64,000 nt of DNA, taken from Armatimonadota bacterium. GTDB taxonomy: Bacteria > Armatimonadota > Fimbriimonadia > Fimbriimonadales > ATM1. This document shows positions 1-9,337 of this stretch, piece by piece. How positions within the stretch are numbered: the stretch's first letter is position 1; every line of letters begins with the position of its first letter. A program made the translations under genes and the position numbers. The notes under the pieces were generated by a model that saw nothing but the letters and a program-made list of their open reading frames with translations, was not told the origin of the DNA and did not search any database. The stretch covers positions 5,131 through 69,130 of the forward strand of contig JADFGT010000001.1 in assembly GCA_022567555.1 (NCBI GenBank). Reading direction: 5' to 3'.

Positions 1-31
1 ATCGGCAGATTCCGGTGGGTGACAAAAAAAG

Positions 32-86
32 TGCGGGAACGCCGAAAGGAGAGCAAAGCACGTTCCCGCAAGTCTTTATTTGTGTG
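32..86. terminator. Stem-loop flanked by A/T runs (possible bidirectional intrinsic terminator)
   Basis: Perfect 10-bp stem TGCGGGAACG (32-41) / CGTTCCCGCA (61-70). It is preceded by A7 (24-30) and followed by T-rich AGTCTTTATTTGTGTG. Confidence 0.45.
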
Positions 87-355
87 TCGTCCGTCGAGCC
101 CTTTCCGGTGGGCAAAGCCCAACCTCGAGGCCTCGGACGTCACATCTACTATTATTCCACGTTTGACGGGCCAAGAACGATTCACTGTGGCAAGAAGTTT
201 GCTACCCTGAGGTGGGTGGCGCAGGCGGCGCGGGACGGGTCCCGCGCGTGCGGCGTAGGAAGGGTGATGGAAATCGGCCGCCGAACCTGCCGGCCGCGGA
301 GCGGTATACTGGCGTGCGATTCGAGCGGAGCCCAAGACCTGGAGGACAATCCTGA

Positions 356-1312
356 GTGGGAGTTGCAATCAAGACTGAGGACCTGACGAAGACTTATAGG
401 ACGCGCTCAGGGAAGGTAAACGTCGTGGACCACCTGAACCTGGAGGTCGAGGAAGGCGAGATTTTCGGCTTCCTCGGGCCGAACGGAGCGGGGAAGACCA
501 CGACTATCAAGATGCTCCTCGGCATCAGCTATCCATCGGAAGGCACGGCCTGGGTGCTCGGCAAGGAGATCGGGGACACGGACGTGCACCGGAGGCTGAG
601 TTACCTGCCGGAGAAGCCTTACTATTACGAGCATATGACCGGGCTGGAGATCTTGAGGTTCTACGCCCGGCTCTTCAATATTAAAGAGCCCGAACGCACG
701 AAGAAGGCGGAGGCGCTTCTGGAAAAAGTGAACCTTGCCGGAGACGCAGACAAGATCATCGCTCAGTATTCGCGCGGGATGCAGCAGCGCATCGGCCTGG
801 CGCAGAGCCTGCTGAACGACCCGGTGCTTCTATTTCTGGACGAGCCGACCGCCGGTCTCGACCCGATAGCCCACATCGAAATCCGTGACCTGATTCTGAA
901 GATGCGGGACGAAGGCAAGACTGTTTTCATTTCCAGCCACGAACTATCTGATGTCGAGCGCATTTGCGACCGGGTGACCATCCTAAACTACGGCAAGGTC
1001 GTCAGCGAGGGACGTCTGGACACACTCCTGAAGGGCGGGCGCATTGAGATTACGGCCGTGAACGTGCCCAAAGGGATCGAAGACAATTTGCGCAGCGACG
1101 GGGTCATCGCTTCGTTCCACGACGGGCGGTTGATAATTGACGCGCCGGACACGATCGCTACCGACGGGTTCGTGGACGCGGTACGGTCGGCCGGCGGGAC
1201 GATTGTCAGCATCATTCCGAGAAGGAAGCGCTTGGAGGACCTGTTCATCGAGTCCGTCGGGGGGCGTAGGGTGCTGACGGAGCAGACGGAGCAGTCGGAG
1301 GAGAGTGTCTGA
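356..1312 (+). CDS. ABC transporter ATP-binding protein
   Basis: GTG start. Walker A GPNGAGKTT, ABC signature YSRGMQQRIGLAQ, Walker B LLFLDEPTAGLD, H-loop SSHEL. The stop overlaps the next start (TGATG at 1310-1314). Confidence 0.9.
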   Translation: MGVAIKTEDLTKTYRTRSGKVNVVDHLNLEVEEGEIFGFLGPNGAGKTTTIKMLLGISYPSEGTAWVLGKEIGDTDVHRRLSYLPEKPYYYEHMTGLEILRFYARLFNIKEPERTKKAEALLEKVNLAGDADKIIAQYSRGMQQRIGLAQSLLNDPVLLFLDEPTAGLDPIAHIEIRDLILKMRDEGKTVFISSHELSDVERICDRVTILNYGKVVSEGRLDTLLKGGRIEITAVNVPKGIEDNLRSDGVIASFHDGRLIIDAPDTIATDGFVDAVRSAGGTIVSIIPRRKRLEDLFIESVGGRRVLTEQTEQSEESV

Positions 1313-2103
1313 TGGGCCAGATATTTGCGATTGCGCAGACGACGTTGGGTGAGGCGATCCGCCGGCGCGTTCTGCTCATAATTCTGTTGATCGGGTTGGC
1401 GTTCTTGATTATCTCGCCCAGCCTAAACCAACTTACGCCGAGGGGCCAGACCGAGGTCCTCGTTAAGATGACGCTCGGCATCTTGAAGATCACGTCGGCG
1501 ATCCTGGCCGTGACGCTCACCGTTTATCTTATCCCGAACGAGGTTGAGAGGCGCACCATCTATACAATCCTGTCGAAGCCCGTGCAGCGCTATCAGTTCT
1601 TGGTAGGCAAGTTCCTGGGCAGCGTCGGCGCCCTGGCGGTGATGATCGGCCTCATGACGCTGGTTCTGCTGGTCACGTTCTCGCTGCAACAACGCGACGC
1701 GAGCATGGACGACGTTGCAAGGATCGTTAAGTCTGCGGTGATGTATGTCTTCCAGATGTCGCTGTTGGCCGGCATCGCCATGCTGTTTTCAACCATTGTC
1801 ACGCCCATTGTGAACTTCTTCATGACCGGCATGGTCTTTGTGTTCGGCACTCTGATGAACCCCATCTTTGAGTCGCTCGGCGCCTCATCCGGCGGCGGGC
1901 TGGCCGGGCTCGGTTCCCGCGTGGCGCACTACGCCCTCCCGAACTTCACGAATGTGGACATCACTGGGGGGGCGACTCAGGCGGAGCAGGCGGTGGGCGG
2001 CAGCGAGGCCGTTTACATGATGAACGGAATCATCTACGCGATAATCTACACTTCAATCATGCTCGTTTTGGCCGTGCTGATCTTCGACCGGAGGGAGATT
2101 TAG
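1312..2103 (+). CDS. ABC-2 type transporter permease
   Basis: 263 aa with multiple long hydrophobic segments. It is translationally coupled to the upstream ATPase. Confidence 0.75.
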   Translation: MGQIFAIAQTTLGEAIRRRVLLIILLIGLAFLIISPSLNQLTPRGQTEVLVKMTLGILKITSAILAVTLTVYLIPNEVERRTIYTILSKPVQRYQFLVGKFLGSVGALAVMIGLMTLVLLVTFSLQQRDASMDDVARIVKSAVMYVFQMSLLAGIAMLFSTIVTPIVNFFMTGMVFVFGTLMNPIFESLGASSGGGLAGLGSRVAHYALPNFTNVDITGGATQAEQAVGGSEAVYMMNGIIYAIIYTSIMLVLAVLIFDRREI

Positions 2104-2106
2104 CAG

Positions 2107-3465
2107 ATGCGCAGGCCCAATGCAGCCCTGGTCGGCGCTACGGCGGCGCTCTTTGTCGTCCAAGGCCTTATCAGCAAAGGGATGTACCCCACGTGGGTGG
2201 CCCGTTACAGCGCGCACAACGTCGGCTTTCAAGAGGGGCTGAACGTTGACCAACTGCTCGCCTCCGTGGGCGGCCTAAGGCAGATGGTAGCGGGCATTTT
2301 GTGGGTTCGAAGCGACCAGTACTTTCATTCCGGGCAGTTCGACGCGATTCTACCGCTCATTCGTCTCGTGACGTGGCTGGATCCGAGGCAGATGGAGGTC
2401 TACGCCACCGGCTCGTGGCACATCGCCTACAACTTTACAGATGAGCAGAACCGCTCGGACCGGCGCTATGTTCCCCTGGCGCTCGCGCTTTTAAGTGAAG
2501 GTGTCGAGCACAATCAAAGTTCCTTTCGACTCTTTCATGAGACCGGCTGGATCTATTATCACAAAGTGAACGACGAGTTCGACAAAGCTGTGTTTTGGTT
2601 TGAGCAGTCCGTCCAGAAAGAGGATGTGCCGCCCTCCCTCAAGGCCATCCTTGCGAACGCATATCTGAGGGACGGCCGCCTGGATGACGCACTGAATCTG
2701 TATTGGATGTTGCAGAGGGACGCCAGCGCCGAGTACGCGCGGACAAAGGACGAGCCGACGCGGATCAGAAGAGACACGCAAGAAAATAACCTGAATAACC
2801 TGATTATGCGCATGGTCTCCCGCGGAATCTTCGGGAGGCGCGACGGGGTTTACGATTTGCTTGTTCCCGGAACGGAGAAGTGGCTGTATCCTTATGACAC
2901 ACATGACCCGGTGGACCTCAACTTCTCTGTGAAGATCGAAGTAATAGACAAGAAGGTGTTGCGCTTGACCGGCAACTGGGGAATTGCCACAACCGGCGCG
3001 CGAATCCGCATCGTCGTGCGCGACGAGGAATACAATATTCTTTGGGAGCCGGCACCGGAGGGGTTGGACTTTGACGTTGACAGGGACGACACATTCATGC
3101 AGGATTCCCTCTACACTCAGAATAAGTTCTTCGACCGCAAGATTGACATGAGCCGCAACCCGACGATGTATCCGTTCAAGTCAGAGCGGTACATAGTCGA
3201 GTTCTTCTTCTCGCCCCGGAGCGCGCCCCATCATATTCAGGACAAGACCGGTTGGGACGGCGAAGGCATGACCGACTCGCGATACATAAGAACCGATATC
3301 AGGCCCGGCGTTAGAGTCCTGTTCGCGGAGTACGAATTGACGCGAGACATGGTGCTGCGCCGCGGCGATTACATAGACTCCGCGGTGCAGATGTCGCCCG
3401 GCTACGTCGAGCCGGAAACGAGCGACGTGGTAGGCGTCATCATCCGCCGCAGCCTGAGAAACTGA
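2107..3465 (+). CDS. Hypothetical membrane-anchored protein, third gene of the ABC-2 operon
   Basis: The ATG lies 4 nt after the permease stop. There is an N-terminal hydrophobic anchor (ALVGATAALFVVQGLI) and a TPR-like helical stretch (AYLRDGRLDDALNLYWML). No family was recognised. Confidence 0.6.
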   Translation: MRRPNAALVGATAALFVVQGLISKGMYPTWVARYSAHNVGFQEGLNVDQLLASVGGLRQMVAGILWVRSDQYFHSGQFDAILPLIRLVTWLDPRQMEVYATGSWHIAYNFTDEQNRSDRRYVPLALALLSEGVEHNQSSFRLFHETGWIYYHKVNDEFDKAVFWFEQSVQKEDVPPSLKAILANAYLRDGRLDDALNLYWMLQRDASAEYARTKDEPTRIRRDTQENNLNNLIMRMVSRGIFGRRDGVYDLLVPGTEKWLYPYDTHDPVDLNFSVKIEVIDKKVLRLTGNWGIATTGARIRIVVRDEEYNILWEPAPEGLDFDVDRDDTFMQDSLYTQNKFFDRKIDMSRNPTMYPFKSERYIVEFFFSPRSAPHHIQDKTGWDGEGMTDSRYIRTDIRPGVRVLFAEYELTRDMVLRRGDYIDSAVQMSPGYVEPETSDVVGVIIRRSLRN

Positions 3466-3496
3466 CTCCCGTGTCGCTCCCACGGATGCTATCATA

Positions 3497-3606
<110 letters not shown>

Positions 3607-3614
3607 GTGGACCA

Positions 3615-5216
3615 TTGTCTTACCTCGCTCTCTACCGAAAGTATCGAAGCCAGACCTTCGAGGAGTTGGTCGGGCAGTCGCACATCACCCGCACGCTCCA
3701 GACCGCACTGGAGAAGGGGCGAATATCTCACGCCTACCTGTTTGTAGGCCCCCGGGGGACCGGCAAGACCAGCACAGCCCGCATTCTGGCGAGAGCGCTG
3801 AACTGCGAAAAGGGCCCCACGCCCAATCCGTGCAACGAGTGCGGGCTGTGTGTCTCCATTATCAACGGCTCAAGCACCGATCTGCTCGAGATGGACGCCG
3901 CCAGCGAGTCCGGCATCGATCAGGTTCGAGAGCATATTGTGGGCGCTGCGCAGTACACGCCGATGGAGGGTCGTTTCAGGATCTTCATCATTGACGAGGT
4001 CCACGACCTGTCTCCCAAGGCGTTCGACGCGCTCCTGAAGACCATTGAGGAGCCGCCGGCGCACGTCGTGTTCATTCTCGCAACCACGGAACTCGCCAAG
4101 GTGCCGCTCACCGTCCGCAGCCGCTGCCAGAAATATGAGTTCCATCGGGGTTCCGTGCGCGATCTGCTCGGCCTGCTCGAACAAGTTTGCCGAAACGAGG
4201 GCCTCGAAGCCGACCGTGCCGCTCTGGTCACGATAGCGCGGATGGCCGACGGCGCCTTCCGCGACGCTCTCACCCTGCTGGAGCAGGCGGCGATCACCTC
4301 GGATGGGAAGATCACACACGAGGGGGTCACACAGCAACTCGGGCTCGTGGAGGAGGAACGGGTCGACATGATGCTGGAGGGCGCCGTGGCCGGAGACGCC
4401 TCTGCGCTGATTAATGCCGCCGATGCGGCCGTCCGAATGGGCAAGGAGCCGAGGGAAGTGCTGGAAAGCATGCTCTTCCGGCTGAGCGAACTCACCTATG
4501 CCGTTTACGGTGTGGACGCCCTGGAAGGCGTGGACCCGGAAAGGAAGGCAGCGAACCACGCCCTGGCCGCTCGGATCGGCAAGGAGAACATGATACGATT
4601 CCGCGACCTCTTGGCCGATGCGCACAACGACATCCGCGACGTAAGCCTTCCGCGCCTGTGGCTGGAGGTGACGCTGCTGCGTCTCATTGAAGACCCACCC
4701 GGACGCGCAGCGGCTGCACGGCAGGAGCCGGCGCAGAGGACCGCCCAAGCGCCGCCCCAACCTCCTCGGCCGCAGCCCCAAGCGCCCGATCCGAAGGCCA
4801 AGCCTTCCGCCGCAAAGGAGACGGCGCCGGCGCCGGTTTCGGAAAAAGCGGCAGGCGGGCCGGAGCCCGCAGCGCTGCAACAGAAGTGGGCTGCGGCGGT
4901 AGCAAGCCTAAAGCAGCGATACAAAGCCGCCGGGGCGATGCTGGACAACACGTCGGTCGTGGGCACGGCGGACAAGGTGGCCGTGGTCCAATTTGACAAC
5001 CCGTTCCAATACGACAGGCTAAACAAGAGCGACAAGATTCAGGAGTCGGTGCGTCTCGCGTTTCTCGATGTGATGAACGACCCTGCGTGGCGGGTTCGGT
5101 ACGTCCTGAAGGAGAAGCGGGAAGACGATCAGACGCCTGCGGCGGTACAATTGCCGGCCGAAGGTGAAGAACTCGCCCACCTCGTCGAAGAGGTGTTCGA
5201 AGTAAAACCGGAGTAA
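3615..5216 (+). CDS. dnaX: DNA polymerase III subunit gamma/tau
   Basis: TTG start. Walker A GPRGTGKTS, Walker B IIDEVH, zinc module CNECGLCVSI, SRC motif (VRSRCQ). There is a Pro/Ala-rich linker and a C-terminal domain. Confidence 0.95.
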   Translation: MSYLALYRKYRSQTFEELVGQSHITRTLQTALEKGRISHAYLFVGPRGTGKTSTARILARALNCEKGPTPNPCNECGLCVSIINGSSTDLLEMDAASESGIDQVREHIVGAAQYTPMEGRFRIFIIDEVHDLSPKAFDALLKTIEEPPAHVVFILATTELAKVPLTVRSRCQKYEFHRGSVRDLLGLLEQVCRNEGLEADRAALVTIARMADGAFRDALTLLEQAAITSDGKITHEGVTQQLGLVEEERVDMMLEGAVAGDASALINAADAAVRMGKEPREVLESMLFRLSELTYAVYGVDALEGVDPERKAANHALAARIGKENMIRFRDLLADAHNDIRDVSLPRLWLEVTLLRLIEDPPGRAAAARQEPAQRTAQAPPQPPRPQPQAPDPKAKPSAAKETAPAPVSEKAAGGPEPAALQQKWAAAVASLKQRYKAAGAMLDNTSVVGTADKVAVVQFDNPFQYDRLNKSDKIQESVRLAFLDVMNDPAWRVRYVLKEKREDDQTPAAVQLPAEGEELAHLVEEVFEVKPE

Positions 5217-5225
5217 AAGATTCAG

Positions 5226-5558
5226 ATGAAACTTCCGAAAGGTCTTGGAAACATGGGCGCGCTTCTGAAGCAAGCGCAGGAGGCGATGCAGCGCGCCAAA
5301 CAGTTGGATGAGGAACTGAAACTGGAGGAGATCGAAGCCGAGAAGAACGGCGTCAAAGTAAAATATAACGGTGCCGGCGAAATTCTTTCGGTACAAGTGT
5401 CGGCGGAACTCATAGACCCCGAAGACATCGAGACCTTGGAGGACGCGATTCTTTTAGCGCTGAGGGAGGGCCACAAGAAATCGCTGGAGATTCGCGAAAG
5501 AAAGCTGAAGGAGATAACCGGCGACCTCCCTCTGCCGCCCGGAGCGAATCCGTTCTAA
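5226..5558 (+). CDS. ybaB: YbaB/EbfC family nucleoid-associated protein
   Basis: 110 aa. N-terminus GNMGALLKQAQEAMQRAKQLDEEL is typical of YbaB. It lies in the conserved position between dnaX and recR. Confidence 0.9.
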   Translation: MKLPKGLGNMGALLKQAQEAMQRAKQLDEELKLEEIEAEKNGVKVKYNGAGEILSVQVSAELIDPEDIETLEDAILLALREGHKKSLEIRERKLKEITGDLPLPPGANPF

Positions 5559-6155
5559 ATGCATTTCGCAAAGCCGCTCGCCGTCCTAATCGAAGAGTTG
5601 GAGAAACTGCCGGGCATTGGGCCGAAGTCGGCGCAGCGACTGGCCTTTCACCTTCTTAACCGCCCGGAAGAGGAGGTCAACAGTTTGGCCGACGCGATTC
5701 GCGAGGCGCGTTCCAAGATTCGCATGTGTACCGTGTGCCAGGGGTTCAGCGCGGAAGACGTGTGCGAGATCTGCTCCGATACCCGCCGCGACCGTTCGAT
5801 CCTGTGCGTGGTGGCCGAGCCGAAGGACGTGGCAGCGGTCGAGCGCCTCAATGATTTCAGAGGGCTGTACCACGTTCTGCACGGGAACCTGGACCCCATG
5901 GAAGGCGTGGGGCCCGAGCAACTGAAAGTGCACGAACTGACGGCGCGCTTGGAGGGGGGGGAAGTAAAAGAGGTCATCTTAGCGACAAACCCGACGGTCG
6001 AGGGAGACGCCACCGCTCTTTATCTCACGCAACTTCTTAAGCCTTTGGGAGTACGCGTCACCCGGCTTGCGCACGGGATGCCCGTGGGCGGCGACCTGGA
6101 CTTCGCCGACCAAGCGACGCTCTTGAGCGCGTTCGAGTATAGGCGGGAGTTATAG
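5559..6155 (+). CDS. recR: Recombination protein RecR
   Basis: HhH motif (LPGIGPKSAQRLAFHL), Cys4 zinc finger CTVCQGFSAEDVCEIC, and a Toprim region (LCVVAEPKDV ... ATNPTVEGDATA). Confidence 0.95.
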   Translation: MHFAKPLAVLIEELEKLPGIGPKSAQRLAFHLLNRPEEEVNSLADAIREARSKIRMCTVCQGFSAEDVCEICSDTRRDRSILCVVAEPKDVAAVERLNDFRGLYHVLHGNLDPMEGVGPEQLKVHELTARLEGGEVKEVILATNPTVEGDATALYLTQLLKPLGVRVTRLAHGMPVGGDLDFADQATLLSAFEYRREL

Positions 6156-6248
6156 ACATAGGAGTGATCTCCGACGTATACTGATTTAGGTCGACGGTGA
6201 GCCAATGTACGAGGCTTGATGGAGTACGAAGGGAGAGGAGTCGCTAGC

Positions 6249-7934
6249 ATGGATATTGTTGGAATAACGCTTAGCAATTATCGCAGCATCGGCGAAGCTG
6301 GAGTCAGCTTGACACCACTGTCACAGTGGAACGTTATCGTCGGGCCGAACAATTCAGGCAAATCGAACGTCTTGCGAGGGATAGAACTCATATGTGCGGA
6401 GAACCGACCCACCCCTGATAGGCGCCAGTTGACAGACGAGGATTTCCCTCGCAGAGACAGGAACGCCAAACCCCGTTGTGTGATAGAGTTTCGACTGGGC
6501 AAGGAGTTTCAAGGCGTTATTGACGCCATGGGAACCGATCACTATTCGTTTACGCTCGTCAGGGACGACGGCGGAGAGTGGATCGTAGTGGACATGTCTC
6601 TGACCACGCTTACCGACACGACAAGAGCGAACATGGCGGCTTCGTCTCTGATGGGCTCTGTGGTCGGCTTTCCCAACCCGGCTGCTATCAAGAACTGGGT
6701 GGAGCAACGTGGCACCATGGTCTTCCAGTCCCGCTTTCGTCAGGCAATACCCAGTATCGTCACGCTCCCAGCTTTCCGCAAGATTGAGGACGGTGATCCC
6801 AGACTCTCCCACGAGGGCAAAGGTCTTTACAAGCGGCTCCAGCATTGGTCGAATCCGCCTAATGACGACCCCGCCGACCGAGAGAGGTTCGCCAAACTGA
6901 GGGAGTGGGTCCGCCATCTCATTCATGAGCCAAGTGCGGAATTGAGGGTCCCCGCAGACGCGAGGACCCTCTTTGTTGAAGTGAACGATCTGAGTTTGCC
7001 TCTGGAACGCTATGGTACTGGACTGCATGAACTGATCATCATGGTGACGTCTATTCTGTCAGAACCAGACGCGCTGATCTGCATTGAGGAACCGGAAATT
7101 CATCTACACCCTCGCCTCCAGCGCGAGTTCGTTGAGTTTGTGAAGCAAAACTCGTCCAACGTGTTTATCATAACCACACACTCGCCGACCCTGATCAACT
7201 TGCCAGATGTCCACGTGTTCGGCCTGCGCCTTGATCGGGGCCTGACTGTCGGCGGCCGGATACTGGCAGACCGCGATGTTGTCGAGGCGCTGCATGACCT
7301 AGGAGCGAGGCCGAGCGATCTCTTGCAGGCAAACTGCGTCATCTGGGTGGAGGGTCCTACAGATAGGATATACATGAACCGGTGGCTGAAACTTATGGAC
7401 ACCAATCTCACCGAGGGACGAGAGTACTCGGTCATGTTCTACGGCGGGCGGTTGTGGTCACACCTCTCGCTTGATGACGACGAATCCGGTGATAAGCTCA
7501 TCCGAATCCTGAGAGTGAACCAGCGGGCTGTTGTCGTGATCGACAGTGACAGGGAATCTGATGCAGGTCCTCTCAACCAAACTAAGAAACGCGTCGAGGA
7601 AGAGTGTGCGAAATCGGGCAGCGTCTGTTGGATAACTGACGGCCGAGAGGTTGAGAATTACATACCTGACTCCGTCATCGCCAAGGTCCTGAAGAAGTTG
7701 GGCAGAGAGGATGTAAAGGTGAGCATCGACAAGTATGATAAATTCGAATTGAAGCTGGATGAAATTATCGAGAGCGGGAAGCAGAGGCCGCTCCACTACG
7801 CGGACGCCAAGGTCCGTTATGCTCGCAAATTCGCTGAGACGATCGAAAGGGAAGACATAACTCAAGAACTGGAACGGAGGCTAGAGTGCGTAATCAAGAG
7901 CATCAGAAAGTGGAATGACCTCGATAGTGCCTAG
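6249..7934 (+). CDS. OLD-family nuclease (ABC-type ATPase fused to a Toprim domain)
   Basis: ATG at 6249 is preceded by GGAGAGGAG; the ORF track start at 6216 is less likely. Walker A GPNNSGKSN, Walker B/D-loop LICIEEPEIHLHP, H-loop ITTHSP. C-terminal Toprim motifs are VIWVEGPTD and VVVIDSDRES. The gene is visibly lower in GC than its neighbours. Confidence 0.85.
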   Translation: MDIVGITLSNYRSIGEAGVSLTPLSQWNVIVGPNNSGKSNVLRGIELICAENRPTPDRRQLTDEDFPRRDRNAKPRCVIEFRLGKEFQGVIDAMGTDHYSFTLVRDDGGEWIVVDMSLTTLTDTTRANMAASSLMGSVVGFPNPAAIKNWVEQRGTMVFQSRFRQAIPSIVTLPAFRKIEDGDPRLSHEGKGLYKRLQHWSNPPNDDPADRERFAKLREWVRHLIHEPSAELRVPADARTLFVEVNDLSLPLERYGTGLHELIIMVTSILSEPDALICIEEPEIHLHPRLQREFVEFVKQNSSNVFIITTHSPTLINLPDVHVFGLRLDRGLTVGGRILADRDVVEALHDLGARPSDLLQANCVIWVEGPTDRIYMNRWLKLMDTNLTEGREYSVMFYGGRLWSHLSLDDDESGDKLIRILRVNQRAVVVIDSDRESDAGPLNQTKKRVEEECAKSGSVCWITDGREVENYIPDSVIAKVLKKLGREDVKVSIDKYDKFELKLDEIIESGKQRPLHYADAKVRYARKFAETIEREDITQELERRLECVIKSIRKWNDLDSA

Positions 7935-8083
7935 TGCGGTCTGCACACCTGGTGCCTCGGTGGCCGTAGGCGGGCACTGTGCGGCTGCGGTTGTCCCATC
8001 GCGGGCCGGAGCCGGTTAGCGCCTGTATTTCTGCCAGGATTCCCGTCACTTTCCGCTTCCGCCCTTAGTGACGTTCGCGCGTG

Positions 8084-8112
8084 CCTCCCGCGCGACAGCT
8101 TGTCGCGGAGGG
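8084..8112. repeat. REP-like hairpin of the CGACA-N4-TGTCG family
   Basis: CCTCCCGCGCGACA-GCT-TGTCGCGGAGGG lies in the convergent intergenic gap. It has the same core as the elements at 24205-24270 and 24488-24554. Confidence 0.5.
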
Positions 8113-8174
8113 CGTCTGCCCTATGCGAAAGCCTCAGCATCGAGCCGACGGCGAGCCAAGCCGCTGCTCGACTG

Positions 8175-8990
8175 TCAGCGTCCTGGGTTCAGCCTCTGCG
8201 CCAGCGCCTCAACCGCCGATTCCGGTGTGATGATGCTGCGGATAAACTCGTGGAGGCTTTGCTCAGCCCGCGCCTCTCCGACACGCGACAGGGCCAAGCG
8301 GCGGCCGAAGGCGTCGAGCACGCGGTTGTTCGCGCCCCGCATTTGTCCGACGTATTCGTTCGCGGAGTTGAAGATGTCCCGGACGTCTTGGCTCATCCCT
8401 TCGCGTCCCCCCCGGCGCCGTTCCCCGCCACGGTCCCCGCGATCTCTGGTCTGGGTCTGGCGCATCTCTCTCAGCAGCGGGGCTGCGATCTGCCACGCTA
8501 TGCGGCCCCGCAGTTGGCCCCACTCCTCGTTGGAAGCGTTGCGAATCGAGTTTAGGGCGTCCGCAACGCTCTTCTGAATCTCCTCCGGGATCGCCATGCG
8601 ATACTTCTGCTCTTCGCTCAGGGTTGTAATCACGGTCCTGACCGCGGCGTCAATTCTGTTTTGGAGCGACTGCTCAAGGCTCTCCCGCTTCCGAGCGGCC
8701 TGTTCCAGGACCTGCCGCTGCTCCGCGGTCAGCGTCCGGCCCAGCGCCAGAGACGCCGCTATCGCCTCGATCTGCCGGTTGGGCTGCCTGAGGGCCTCCA
8801 TCTGCTGCCCGTGCTCCTTGAAGGCCGCACGGACGCTCTGGGCGGCCCCGTGGAGCCGGGTGATTTGCCCCGACCTGAACTGGCCCTCGGAGACGCGGAT
8901 AAGGACTTGGGCCTTCTCCAGACTGTCGGTCTGGGCTGCCGCTGCTGCCGCCATTCCGGCGGCCAGAATCATCGTTAGCGTTCGCATCAT
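8175..8990 (-). CDS. Secreted helical protein with LTXXQ-type motifs (Spy/CpxP-like?) and an Arg/Gly-rich segment
   Basis: Start MMRTL at 8990 is preceded by AGGGAGGA. Signal peptide MMRTLTMILAAGMAAAAAAQ. LTAEQRQVLEQ and LSEEQKYRM motifs are present, with RDRGDRGGERRRGGREG in the middle. Confidence 0.6.
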   Translation of the reverse strand: MMRTLTMILAAGMAAAAAAQTDSLEKAQVLIRVSEGQFRSGQITRLHGAAQSVRAAFKEHGQQMEALRQPNRQIEAIAASLALGRTLTAEQRQVLEQAARKRESLEQSLQNRIDAAVRTVITTLSEEQKYRMAIPEEIQKSVADALNSIRNASNEEWGQLRGRIAWQIAAPLLREMRQTQTRDRGDRGGERRRGGREGMSQDVRDIFNSANEYVGQMRGANNRVLDAFGRRLALSRVGEARAEQSLHEFIRSIITPESAVEALAQRLNPGR

Positions 8991-9337
8991 GTTCCTCCCT
9001 GGACTGTTGTGCCAATCCAAGTACGAGCGGGGAGCCGGAGGGAGTTTCCATTTTTTGCCCGCTGCGCCTTGCGGGCGACAGTGAACGGCCTGTCCGGCGG
9101 ACCCGCCCCGTGCTGAATTCTGCCCGGCTGCGTGGCCGCGGCCGGTAAATGTGCCGGTAATGGGGTTCGGGACAGGAACCTGCGCTTCACGTGCTGTATA
9201 TTGTTAGAGGGGCTAAGGGAGTGCTTGGCCTTCATGCGACATGCGTCCGGCCCACGGGAGCCGGAGAGATGAGCAGGAGCGGGATGAAGCGGAAGGAAGC
9301 GGAGTCGGCTGCGCCTGCCAAGGGAAGGAGTGTCGGA

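Noticed and set aside
3870-4880. Long antisense or alternative-frame ORFs. Examples: 3870-4880(-), 19150-20067(-), 29365-30396(+), 39926-40957(+), 41587-42447(-), 47414-48265(-), 52453-53475(+)
   Set aside because: They overlap strongly supported genes. They have Arg/Pro/Gly-rich compositions typical of off-frame translation in high-GC DNA and no recognisable motifs.
3615-5216. Programmed -1 frameshift site in dnaX (A AAA AAG type) producing gamma
   Set aside because: No slippery heptamer with a downstream stem-loop was seen in the linker region. It cannot be claimed from sequence.
6249-7934. Gabija (GajA/GajB), PARIS or retron-associated OLD system
   Set aside because: No UvrD-like helicase, separate Toprim/AriB gene, reverse transcriptase or ncRNA-like repeat is adjacent. 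The neighbours are recR and an unrelated secreted protein on the opposite strand.
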